The translations under genes and the position numbers were made by a program. From the NCBI RefSeq assembly GCF_900232105.1, contig NZ_LT934425.1:2070001-2102000 (forward strand): 32,000 nt of DNA, read 5' to 3'. Positions 8,639 to 17,521 of this stretch are shown piece by piece; the stretch's first letter is position 1; each line of letters opens with the position of its first letter. The DNA comes from Candidatus Kuenenia stuttgartensis (GTDB lineage: Bacteria; Planctomycetota; Brocadiia; Brocadiales; Brocadiaceae). The notes below the pieces were generated by a model, which saw only the letters and a program-made list of their open reading frames with translations, ran no database searches and was not told the origin of the DNA.

Positions 8639-9085
8639 ATGCATACTTTATCAAATATCAGGCCTGTTGAAATTCTGCTGGTGGAAGATAATCCGGGCGA
8701 TGTTCGCCTTACGCAGGAAGCCCTCGAAGAAAGCAAGTTGTACAATAATCTCACGGTAGTTACCGACGGTGTTGAGGCGATGAGATGCCTCCGCAAGGAA
8801 GGTAAATACGCTGATGCAACAAGGCCCGATATCATCCTGCTGGATTTGAATTTGCCAAAAAAGGATGGCCGCGAGGTGCTTGCAGAAATTAAAACTGATG
8901 AAAAACTGAAATTAATTCCTATTGTAATCCTGACCACATCAAGCAACGAGGAAGATATACTTAAGTCGTATGGCCTCCATGCGAACTGTTACGTAACCAA
9001 ACCTGTTGATTTTGATGAATTCATAAAGATTGTGCAGGCTGTCCATAATTTTTGGTTTAGTATTGTGAAACTCCCCGCAGAATAA
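8639..9085 (+). CDS. Rcp1-like single-domain response regulator
   Basis: [24 protein letters not shown]...[16 protein letters not shown]...[26 protein letters not shown]. Confidence 0.92.
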   Translation: MHTLSNIRPVEILLVEDNPGDVRLTQEALEESKLYNNLTVVTDGVEAMRCLRKEGKYADATRPDIILLDLNLPKKDGREVLAEIKTDEKLKLIPIVILTTSSNEEDILKSYGLHANCYVTKPVDFDEFIKIVQAVHNFWFSIVKLPAE

Positions 9086-9101
9086 AAGAGATGCTATTGT
9101 T

Positions 9102-11675
9102 ATGAAAAATGAAATAAAGGTGCTTTTGGTAGAAGACAACCCTGGCGACGTATACCTGGTTAGGGAAATGCTGGATGATATACAAAGCGTATCCTTCAGC
9201 CTTGAGTGCGCCTACCGCCTTTCTTCCGCATTGCAGAAACTGGAAAATGATTTTATAGACGTTATTCTCCTGGACCTTTCACTGCCTGACAGCCAGGGAT
9301 TAAAAACATTCTGTTCAATACAAGCACATGCTTCAAGAACGCCAATTGTTGTGTTAAGCGGACTTGGCGATGAAGAGGTCGCAGTTGAAGCATTGAAGAA
9401 GGGTGCGCAGGACTACCTGATTAAAGGGAAAATAGACGGAGATTCACTTGCCCGCACCATGCGCTATTCCATGGAACGTAAGCAGATCGAACTGGAACTG
9501 CAGGACGGAAAACAGCGCTATAAACGACTTGTGGAAATACTGCCCGATATTATCTATAGAATTGACGCAAACGGCTATTTTACCTTCATAAATGAAGCCG
9601 TGCAGGTCTTTGGCTATGAGCCTGACGAACTCATCGGCAAACATTTTAGTGAACTGATACACCCTGATGACTTGAAAAAAGTAAGTCGCTCCGAAGTGCT
9701 GTCAGAATATTCAGGAAAGACAAGCGACTACAAAACCACGCCTAAATTGTTTGACGAACGAAGAACCGGACAAAGAAAAACCACAGGTTTGCAGATACGG
9801 GTAAAATCAAAGAAATCCCCGGAGTACATGGAATACACCATTCAGATTATAAAATGGCCCAAAAAGCATGAAAAGATCATTGAGGTTGCCGCTACAGGAC
9901 ATTACGACTCCGATATTATGAAGAACGATAAGCGATTCGTCGGAACCGTCGGCGTAATAAGAGATATTACCGGGAGTAAACACGCGGAGGAAATGATCTG
10001 TACGTTGTCCCTTGCCGTTGAACAAAGCCCGGCAATGATTGCCGTCACCGATACGGATGGCCGCATTGACTATATTAACCCGAAGTTCTGCAAAGTGACC
10101 GGCTTTGAACCGGAAGAAGTTCTGGGAAAAAATCTGATAGACATCATACAGCCCGGCGGTGAATCTTTATCCATGGCGGATAAAACGTTGTGGAAAGCAA
10201 TCACCTCGAAAGGAGAATGGAAGGAAGCATTTTCCAGCAGGAAAAAACACGGAGAACTCTTTTGGACATCACTGTCTCTTTCCGCTATCAAAAGCAATGA
10301 AGGATTTATTTCCCATTATCTCGCAATTATGGAAGATATCACAGAGCATAAACAGGCGGAAGAAAGAATCCATTATCTGGCGTACTACGATTCACTGACT
10401 GCTTTGCCAAACAGGGAATTATTTCACGACCGTCTTAATATGGCAATAATACACGCTCATCGCAAACAACAAATGCTGGCAGTGGCATTCATTGATATCG
10501 ACAGATTCAAAAAAGTCAACGATACACTGGGGCATAGCACAGGAGACCGCCTCCTGAAGATAATCGCAGACAGATTAAAAAGCTGCATACGCGAAGAAGA
10601 TACGGTCAGCCGTCAGGGAGGAGACGAATTTGTGCTATTATTGACGGAAATTTCCAGGATGGAAGATGCAAATGACGTCACACAGAGAATTTTAAAGAAA
10701 TTAAAAGAGCCGGTAATCATAGACGACCATGATCTCTGCATTAGCGCCAGTATTGGAATCGCCCTGTATCCGGGTGACGGCACAACAGCGGAAGCATTGC
10801 TGAAAAATGCCGATTCCGCCATGTACATTTCAAAGGAAAGCGGCAGGGACAACTATCATTTTTACTCCTCAACTGTGCAGGAAAAAGCCTACGAGCAGCT
10901 CCTCGAAGAAATGTACCTGCGCCGTGCCCTGGAGAACAGGGAGCTGGTTTTATACTATCAGCCGCAGGTGAATATTGCTACAGGGCGATTGGTTGGCATG
11001 GAAGCCCTTTTGCGTTGGAAACATCCTAAAAAAGGATTGATTTCCCCCGCAGAATTTATACCATTGGCGGAAGACACCGGGCAAATCGTGCCTATCGATT
11101 TCTGGGTGTTGCACACGGCCTGCAAACAGAACATGGCATGGCAAAGAGCCGGCCTCCCTTCCGTACCCATAGCGGTAAACATTTCAGGACATACTTTTGG
11201 ACGCGAAAACCTGATAGATTTTGTGAATAACGTCTTACATGATACCCGTATGTCTCCCGATGCCCTTGATCTTGAGATCACGGAAGGTATTGCCATCCAA
11301 AACCTGCAAACCACCATTTACAAACTGAATAAATTGAAAAGCCTCGGGATTCAGATCACTATTGATGATTTTGGTACGGGCTTTTCCTCTTTAAGCTATC
11401 TCAGTAAATTCCCTATACAAAAACTCAAAATTGGCATGACATTTATTCATAACCTACATAAAGACCCGACTAATTCAGCGATTGTAAAAGCAGTTATCGC
11501 CATGGCAAAAAGTCTTCAACTTACGGTAATTGCTGAGGGCGTAGAGACAGATGAACAATTTGAATTTCTCCAGGGGCTGCAATGCGATGAATTCCAGGGC
11601 TATCTTTGCAGTAAAGCAGTGACGTCAGAAGAAATGGGAAGGTTTCTGGCAAAAAATGCCGGGAAGTTACTTTAA
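9102..11675 (+). CDS. REC-PAS-PAS-GGDEF-EAL cyclic-di-GMP signalling protein
   Basis: [18 protein letters not shown] receiver; PAS domains; RQGGDEFVLLL with upstream RxxD (REED); EALLRW, VAVNIS, LEITEG, DDFGTGFSSLSYL, VIAEGVET, FQGY. Confidence 0.93.
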   Translation: MKNEIKVLLVEDNPGDVYLVREMLDDIQSVSFSLECAYRLSSALQKLENDFIDVILLDLSLPDSQGLKTFCSIQAHASRTPIVVLSGLGDEEVAVEALKKGAQDYLIKGKIDGDSLARTMRYSMERKQIELELQDGKQRYKRLVEILPDIIYRIDANGYFTFINEAVQVFGYEPDELIGKHFSELIHPDDLKKVSRSEVLSEYSGKTSDYKTTPKLFDERRTGQRKTTGLQIRVKSKKSPEYMEYTIQIIKWPKKHEKIIEVAATGHYDSDIMKNDKRFVGTVGVIRDITGSKHAEEMICTLSLAVEQSPAMIAVTDTDGRIDYINPKFCKVTGFEPEEVLGKNLIDIIQPGGESLSMADKTLWKAITSKGEWKEAFSSRKKHGELFWTSLSLSAIKSNEGFISHYLAIMEDITEHKQAEERIHYLAYYDSLTALPNRELFHDRLNMAIIHAHRKQQMLAVAFIDIDRFKKVNDTLGHSTGDRLLKIIADRLKSCIREEDTVSRQGGDEFVLLLTEISRMEDANDVTQRILKKLKEPVIIDDHDLCISASIGIALYPGDGTTAEALLKNADSAMYISKESGRDNYHFYSSTVQEKAYEQLLEEMYLRRALENRELVLYYQPQVNIATGRLVGMEALLRWKHPKKGLISPAEFIPLAEDTGQIVPIDFWVLHTACKQNMAWQRAGLPSVPIAVNISGHTFGRENLIDFVNNVLHDTRMSPDALDLEITEGIAIQNLQTTIYKLNKLKSLGIQITIDDFGTGFSSLSYLSKFPIQKLKIGMTFIHNLHKDPTNSAIVKAVIAMAKSLQLTVIAEGVETDEQFEFLQGLQCDEFQGYLCSKAVTSEEMGRFLAKNAGKLL

Positions 11676-11684
11676 ATTTATGTT

Positions 11685-11727
11685 TAGGAATTTCAATATT
11701 TTTATAGAGACGCATTGCAAGCGTCTC
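11685..11727 (+). repeat. Palindromic AGAGACGC repeat, copy 2
   Basis: TAGGAATTTCAAT followed by a perfect GAGACGC / ATTGCAA / GCGTCTC hairpin (11707-11727). Confidence 0.75.
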
Positions 11728-12372
11728 CCCGTTTACTATACCGGCCGCATTCCCGATTTTTTGTGCAACTATTAAGCGTAAACATTACACGACTCCAGGC
11801 GGGTTCAGGTTACAAATCTGAACCCGCGAATGTAGTTTCCATTGCCATTACGTTCCCAAACAGATACTTCACTATGTTCAGGACAAGATTTGAGAACGAG
11901 TTGTGCTTCGGTAGTTTAATAGATTACGCTGAATAGTTCTTTTTTGTAACCGTTCAGAGGGGTCAGGACGACACAACCCTGACAGGGTTCAGAACCATGT
12001 CAGGGTTAACACTACGGCAACGTTTCATTAAAACATGGCAAAAGTTACAAAAAATCAGGAATACCCCCCATTTTTCTTGGTATTGTGTTTGCCATGTTCT
12101 ACTTTGGAACCCTGTAAGGGTTGTTTCGTACGGAGCCGATTTTGCGCCAGAGTTTCTATATCAACAGTTATGCCTTAACTACGCGCTTAAGCCGACGCCA
12201 AAAACTTAAAGCGGCTCTGGTAAGCGGAAAAACAATAGCGTAAAATGTAACTTCTCAATAAGTTGAGGTTTTTATAATAATTTCTACAGTCTACAGTAGG
12301 CAATCCACAATTTGCCGACTGTACGTATTCCCAAAAAATTGATACCGTGTTATTATAAAATAAGGGCATCTT

Positions 12373-13413
12373 ATGAGAGTGGCAGTATATGAAAAATTTG
12401 CTCAACCATTGACTATTCAAGAGGTGCCTGATCCAGCGCCTGAGAAAACCGGCGTGGTGATTCGCGTGGGAGCTACCGGAATGTGCCGGAGTGACTGGCA
12501 TGGATGGATGGGACACGATCCCTGCATTCGTTTGCCACATGTTCCCGGACACGAAATTGCAGGTGTTGTTGAAGAAACCGGGAAGGAAGTGTCACTGTGG
12601 AAGAAGGGAGACAGGGTGACCCTTCCGTTTGTGTGCGGATGCGGTGCATGCCCGCAATGCGCTTCTGGGAATCATCAGGTTTGTGACCGTCAGTCTCAGC
12701 CGGGATTCACCCATTGGGGTTCTTTTGCGCAGTACGTGGCAATCGATTATGCAGATGTTAATTTAGTACAGTTACCGGAAGATATTGATTTCGTAACCGC
12801 GGCGAGCCTCGGATGCCGCTTCAGCACTTCGTTTCGCGCAATTGTTGCACAGGGGAAGGTTTCAGCCGGGCAGTGGGTTGCTGTGCATGGATGCGGAGGC
12901 GTTGGTTTGTCGGCAATTATGATTGCAAGCGCCCTGGGGGCGAATGTTGTGGCGGTTGATATACAAAAAGAGAAACTTGATTTTGCCGGATCGGTTGGAG
13001 CTGTTGCGTTGGTGAATGCCGGGGAGGTGGAGGATGTGGCAGGAGCTATATTGGACATAACAAAAGGCGGGGTGCATGTTTCTGTCGATGCGCTTGGAAG
13101 TTCAAATACATGCTTTAATTCAATAGCTACTTTAAGAAAACGGGGGAAACATCTCCAGGTCGGACTGATGCTGGCGGAACACCGGCATCCCCCTATACCC
13201 ATGGACAAGGTGATCGCAAATGAACTCGAAATACTGGGATGTCATGGAATGCAGGCGCATGAATACGGCGCTATGTTGGAGATGGTTTGCGAAGGGAAAT
13301 TACGTCCGGAAAAATTGATTGGAAAAACAATCGGCCTTGAGGATGCGGCGCGTGAACTTCCAGACATGAACCGCTTCGGGTCTGTTGGTGTGATAGTAAT
13401 AAATGAGTTTTAA
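12373..13413 (+). CDS. Zinc-dependent medium-chain alcohol dehydrogenase
   Basis: [39 protein letters not shown] structural Zn motif, [13 protein letters not shown] nucleotide-binding motif. Confidence 0.92.
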   Translation: MRVAVYEKFAQPLTIQEVPDPAPEKTGVVIRVGATGMCRSDWHGWMGHDPCIRLPHVPGHEIAGVVEETGKEVSLWKKGDRVTLPFVCGCGACPQCASGNHQVCDRQSQPGFTHWGSFAQYVAIDYADVNLVQLPEDIDFVTAASLGCRFSTSFRAIVAQGKVSAGQWVAVHGCGGVGLSAIMIASALGANVVAVDIQKEKLDFAGSVGAVALVNAGEVEDVAGAILDITKGGVHVSVDALGSSNTCFNSIATLRKRGKHLQVGLMLAEHRHPPIPMDKVIANELEILGCHGMQAHEYGAMLEMVCEGKLRPEKLIGKTIGLEDAARELPDMNRFGSVGVIVINEF

Positions 13414-13431
13414 AGGTAAGTGTAATACTAT

Positions 13432-13845
13432 ATGGTAAAAATATCCAATAAGGTAACCATTCCGATAGACGAAATATCGATGCACCCAATTCGTGCGCAG
13501 GGTGCGGGAGGGCAGCATGTCAACAAGGTTGCCACTGCTGTTCAGTTGCGCTTCGATATCAATGCGTCGTCGTTGCCTGATTTTTATAAAGAAAGGCTTT
13601 TATCGCTGAGTGACCGCCGTATTTCAGGAGAAGGGGTGATCGTTATCAAGGCGCAGAAATATCGCAGCCAGGACAAAAATAAAGAGGATGCGCTCAACCG
13701 GCTGCGGGATTTTATAAAAAGTGCGGTTATTGTGCAAAAAAAACGGAAGCCCACGAAACCTAAAAAAGCTGCAAAGGAAAAGCGTTTGGAAAGTAAGACG
13801 AATCGTGGACGATTGAAGATATCGAGAAAACCAGTGGAGTATTAA
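13432..13845 (+). CDS. arfB: ArfB-like peptidyl-tRNA hydrolase (ribosome rescue factor)
   Basis: IRAQGAGGQHVNKVATAVQLRFDI GGQ motif with a basic C-terminal tail (KKRKPTKPKKAAKEKR). Confidence 0.85.
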   Translation: MVKISNKVTIPIDEISMHPIRAQGAGGQHVNKVATAVQLRFDINASSLPDFYKERLLSLSDRRISGEGVIVIKAQKYRSQDKNKEDALNRLRDFIKSAVIVQKKRKPTKPKKAAKEKRLESKTNRGRLKISRKPVEY

Positions 13846-13890
13846 AATGCATTTGCCTGTGGGGCTGATTTTTTGCAGTTTGCGTTTTTA

Positions 13891-14589
13891 TCAGTACTGA
13901 ACGAAGTAGGCATCTTTAAAGGTACTCCCTTTATAGTTGATGCCTCTGATCTTTTCCCTAAGTTTTTTTGCCTCATCCGTAGAAACATCGGCAAAATCAC
14001 CAACGTCCACCGACAATAGCTTGCCGTATTGATATATCCTTGCTTTATGGATGCCATTGCTTTGCAGATATGCTATCAGTTCTTCCGCGCCTTTTTTATT
14101 CTTTTCTATGTTCTGCAGGGTAACTATCCGGAGACTCCACATGTTATTTTGGGGTGCGGCGTCTGTTAGAATGGAAGTCTCTTCTGTTTGGGGTGACTGG
14201 CTATCCTGCGCTTGTTGTAGTTGCGCTGAAGACATGTTTGCTTCTTCAGATACCGGCTTCATTTTGCGGAATTCTTCCGATAAGGTGTTGATAGTTTGCA
14301 ATATGCCTTGATTTATACTGCCCATTTTGCCGACTGATTTGGCGAGTTCCGCAATGTCTTTGTTGTGTTTTTGGGTTGCATGGTCAACCATGTCTTCCAT
14401 CACGCTTATTTTGGCGTCATAACCGGCAAAGCGACGGCTATTGTCTCTGCTGGTTTTGCCCGTGAAAAAAAGCATAAATAAAAAAGCAACTATTGCCTGA
14501 GATGCGAGTATGGCCGCCACTTTTATTGCAATTCGTTTAAGGCGGTTTCCCTCTTCGTTGATTCCTCGTATTTTGTTAATAAAATGCAT
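13891..14589 (-). CDS. Membrane-anchored hypothetical protein with coiled-coil region and SPOR-like C-terminal domain
   Basis: Single TM near the N-terminus (IAIKVAAILASQAIVAFLFMLFF), helical linker, C-terminal WSLRIVTLQNIEKNKKGAEELIAYLQSNGIHKARIYQYGKLLSVDVGDF. Confidence 0.6.
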   Translation of the reverse strand: MHFINKIRGINEEGNRLKRIAIKVAAILASQAIVAFLFMLFFTGKTSRDNSRRFAGYDAKISVMEDMVDHATQKHNKDIAELAKSVGKMGSINQGILQTINTLSEEFRKMKPVSEEANMSSAQLQQAQDSQSPQTEETSILTDAAPQNNMWSLRIVTLQNIEKNKKGAEELIAYLQSNGIHKARIYQYGKLLSVDVGDFADVSTDEAKKLREKIRGINYKGSTFKDAYFVQY

Positions 14590-14892
14590 ATCGGATACCG
14601 GGGTTATTTTATGGTTTCTGTTGATAAACGGTAATAGTTTTGTATTTTGAAAATTCTAAGTAAAGTGAAACGTAACCCGGCAGGCCATGTTGTTTTCCCC
14701 TGACGGACACCTGATAACCGGACGATACACGTCACTATCCAATTCATTATTGGGAAGTATGGTACTACATGAGAATACGCAAGTCAATGCGTTTTATGTA
14801 TTTGGACAGTGCAACGCAAAAAACTTCTAAAAATCGTATCTGATTGCTAAGGAAACACACAATATTTTGCCAAAACAGGAAGGGGTAAGTGT

Positions 14893-16119
14893 ATGAATAG
14901 ATGCTTTCAAAACGTTATACTTGGTGCAATTTTCGTATCTGTGGCGGGAGGTTCTGTCTGTGTAATGGCGCGGGATGCGGCTACTTACCTGACGAATAAA
15001 ATCAAACCCGCGGTTGTTTCTCTCACGTCTTTCGATAAAGACGGGAATGAGTTTAATCAGGGGGGTGGGTTCATTATAAATGAGCGAGGCGATATTATTA
15101 CCCATAGTAAAGTATTCATGGATGCGCATAGTATTCGGGTTAAAAACTTTCAGGGCAATAGCTATTCCGTAACAAAAATTCTTGCGGAGGATAAAGAAGG
15201 CGGCCTTGTGCAATTGGCAATCGACAATTTTGAAAGCAGGGCGTCTCCTTTGCCGTTGACCATGATCCTGCCCGGTGTAAATGAACAAATCATGGTGATA
15301 AATAATTCATTCGATTCAGGACATTTTGCGGTGACTGGAGTTGTCTCCGGGGTTTCTGAAATTCCGTTGTTCGGAACTATAATAAGGATAAAGGCGTCGT
15401 TTCCGCTTAGTTGCATTGGAAGTCCTGTGGTAAATATGAATGGTGAAGCCGTGGGTATTATGGCCTTCATTTCTACCGGTGGGGAAGGTTACGCTCTTGC
15501 CTGCGAAAGGCTTAAAAGCCTTGTTCCGGTAAAGGAGCAATCATTTTCTGAAAGGAGAGGTTTGGGGGAGATTTCCGAAGAGGCATTTTATGGGGAAGGA
15601 ATTTTCCTTATCGGAAATGAAGAATATGAAAAGGCAATTTCCTTATTGGAAAAGGCAATAACTAAAGACAGGAACTATGCCCATGCATACTTTCAGATTG
15701 GTTACTGTAAAAATAAGCTTGGCAATTATCCCGATGCAATAAAAAACCTGAAACAGGCGGTTCGTTTGAAACCGGAATTTCCGGAAGGGCACTTCCAGCT
15801 TGGCATGGCATATTTTATGCAAAAACAATATAAGGGGGCGGTTGAATCTCTCCTTGATGCGGTGCGCAGCAATGCGCAATTTTTTGAGGCATATTTCATG
15901 CTTGGTTTAGCCTACACGGCTCTTGAGCGGCATCGTGACGCCATTGAGGCATACTGGCAAGCCATTGGTATTAACAAGGATGTTCCGGAAGTACATTTTC
16001 ATCTGGGTATGGCATATTTGCAAACAAAAAATAAGCTAATGGCATATGAGGAATATAAAGTACTTAAAAATATGAACAAGCATCTTGCATCAAAGCTTTT
16101 TAAGATGATTTATCAATGA
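14893..16119 (+). CDS. Secreted trypsin-like (HtrA-fold) domain protein with C-terminal TPR array, probably catalytically inactive
   Basis: Signal peptide; KPAVVSLTSFDKDG...GGGFIINERGDIITHSKVF...IGSPVVNMNGEAVGI; then at least five TPR-like units (YEKAISLLEKAITKDRNYAHAYFQIGYCKNKLGNYPDAIKNLKQAVRLKPEFPEGHFQLG). RBS-like AGGGGTAAG upstream. Confidence 0.8.
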   Translation: MNRCFQNVILGAIFVSVAGGSVCVMARDAATYLTNKIKPAVVSLTSFDKDGNEFNQGGGFIINERGDIITHSKVFMDAHSIRVKNFQGNSYSVTKILAEDKEGGLVQLAIDNFESRASPLPLTMILPGVNEQIMVINNSFDSGHFAVTGVVSGVSEIPLFGTIIRIKASFPLSCIGSPVVNMNGEAVGIMAFISTGGEGYALACERLKSLVPVKEQSFSERRGLGEISEEAFYGEGIFLIGNEEYEKAISLLEKAITKDRNYAHAYFQIGYCKNKLGNYPDAIKNLKQAVRLKPEFPEGHFQLGMAYFMQKQYKGAVESLLDAVRSNAQFFEAYFMLGLAYTALERHRDAIEAYWQAIGINKDVPEVHFHLGMAYLQTKNKLMAYEEYKVLKNMNKHLASKLFKMIYQ

Positions 16120-16193
16120 GGCCGGGCTTCACTTCATACCTTCATACCTGAGGATGCGTTATTTACCCGGATTTAAATGAAAGAAAGCCTGCC

Positions 16194-16679
16194 ATGCGAA
16201 TGCGTAAAATACTCATTGTTCACGAAACCAGGATATTGCGAACATTACTCAAAACATACCTTATCTCCGCGCTTAATGATGTTGTTATCATCGAGGCGCC
16301 TTCCGCAGCAGAAGCTTTGGAAAAATTTAAAGAACAAAAATTCGAGGTAATTATTTGCGGTATGCAATTTAAACAAGCAAACGGCATTGCTCTTTTCAAA
16401 GAGTTAAAAAATGAGGAAATAAACAAAGATACGCCCTTTATTATTGTGACTTCCACAGGTTCGAAAGAAAATGATATTCAGCATTATTTTTTATCTCCCT
16501 TTACACCTATAGAATTAAGGGAAAAAATCAATACGGTTTGCGACCCACGTCAATGGTGTGCGCACGACAGTATAAGTATGCCGGATGCCAAGGCCATAAT
16601 CCACGTTAATAATGACCCCATTGATGCAGGCATAATCAATGCGATAACACCTGCACAAAATCTTACAACGACTTGCTGA
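16194..16679 (+). CDS. Degenerate receiver-domain (pseudo-response-regulator) protein
   Basis: KILIVHETRILRTLLKTYL...FEVIICGMQFKQANGIALFKELK...PFIIVTSTGSKEND...FLSPFTPIEL has the receiver layout but lacks the canonical Asp and Lys. Confidence 0.75.
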   Translation: MRMRKILIVHETRILRTLLKTYLISALNDVVIIEAPSAAEALEKFKEQKFEVIICGMQFKQANGIALFKELKNEEINKDTPFIIVTSTGSKENDIQHYFLSPFTPIELREKINTVCDPRQWCAHDSISMPDAKAIIHVNNDPIDAGIINAITPAQNLTTTC

Positions 16680-16930
16680 ACAGCACCCATCTCACCGTTA
16701 TATTCCCTCCCCGGTTTGATAACATACAAATAAAAATCTTATGGTGTAAGCTCCTCCGGGTAAATGTCTTTCGCTGGGATGAAGTATACTTTCCGAAGTG
16801 TACTCCGGAGCATATGAGGGTTGTTTGGCAGATAATAAAAATATCTGATGAAGATAAAGAAAAATTTGAAGAAATCTGCAGAAAAATCCAAAAAGAGCAT
16901 AAGAGTATAGATGAGATCAAAAAACACTAA
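16673..16930 (+). CDS. Small hypothetical protein (low-confidence ORF)
   Basis: 85 aa ORF overlapping the 3' end of the pseudo-receiver gene. The charged tail KISDEDKEKFEEICRKIQKEHKSIDEIKKH looks protein-like, but the N-terminal half does not. Confidence 0.3.
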   Translation: MLNSTHLTVIFPPRFDNIQIKILWCKLLRVNVFRWDEVYFPKCTPEHMRVVWQIIKISDEDKEKFEEICRKIQKEHKSIDEIKKH

Positions 16931-16935
16931 AAGAA

Positions 16936-17418
16936 TTACAAAAACTCTTTTTTTATGCTGGTAACAATTGCTTCCGGGGATTGAATAATGTCGACAACGA
17001 AGGCGTCTTCCGGTTCTTCCAACGTTTCAAACTGGCTTAAAAGAAGGTTTTCGTTCAAAAAATGCCCCTTCCGCCTATTTAACCTTTGACATATGAGTTC
17101 CCGTTCCCCTTTTAAATATACAAACCGGACAGATTCATGCTTATCTGCCAAAAACCTGCGATATGATTGCTTGAGGGCAGAACAGGCAATAACGGCATGC
17201 TCTTTCTTTGCTATTGTTTTTTCAATGATTTTTTGCAAGACCTCTAACCATGGCATTCTTTCTGCATCTGTTAAGGCAATTCCCTTTTTAAGATTTTCAA
17301 TATTTGAAGGAGGATGATAATCATCGCCGTCGTAAAATGTCCATCCAAGATCATCGGCAAGAATACGCCCGATTGTTGTCTTGCCGGAACCCGATACACC
17401 CATTAAAATAATAATCAT
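16936..17418 (-). CDS. gntK: Gluconokinase
   Basis: MIIILMGVSGSGKTTIGRILADDLGWTFYDGDDYHPPSNIENLKKGIALTD, ACSALKQSYR. Confidence 0.9.
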   Translation of the reverse strand: MIIILMGVSGSGKTTIGRILADDLGWTFYDGDDYHPPSNIENLKKGIALTDAERMPWLEVLQKIIEKTIAKKEHAVIACSALKQSYRRFLADKHESVRFVYLKGERELICQRLNRRKGHFLNENLLLSQFETLEEPEDAFVVDIIQSPEAIVTSIKKEFL

Positions 17419-17521
17419 GTACCTGTTTCGTCTGTAGTAAAAAACAATAGTGACCGGATATCAAAGGGTGTTTTTTTCGTCATAATATTACTCCTCATTT
17501 TTTAATACTTCCGCCGCAAGG

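Noticed and set aside
11715-12209. ORFs 11715..11936 and 11997..12209
   Set aside because: Short, no family resemblance, and they run through the inverted repeats. Treated as non-coding structured DNA, not genes.
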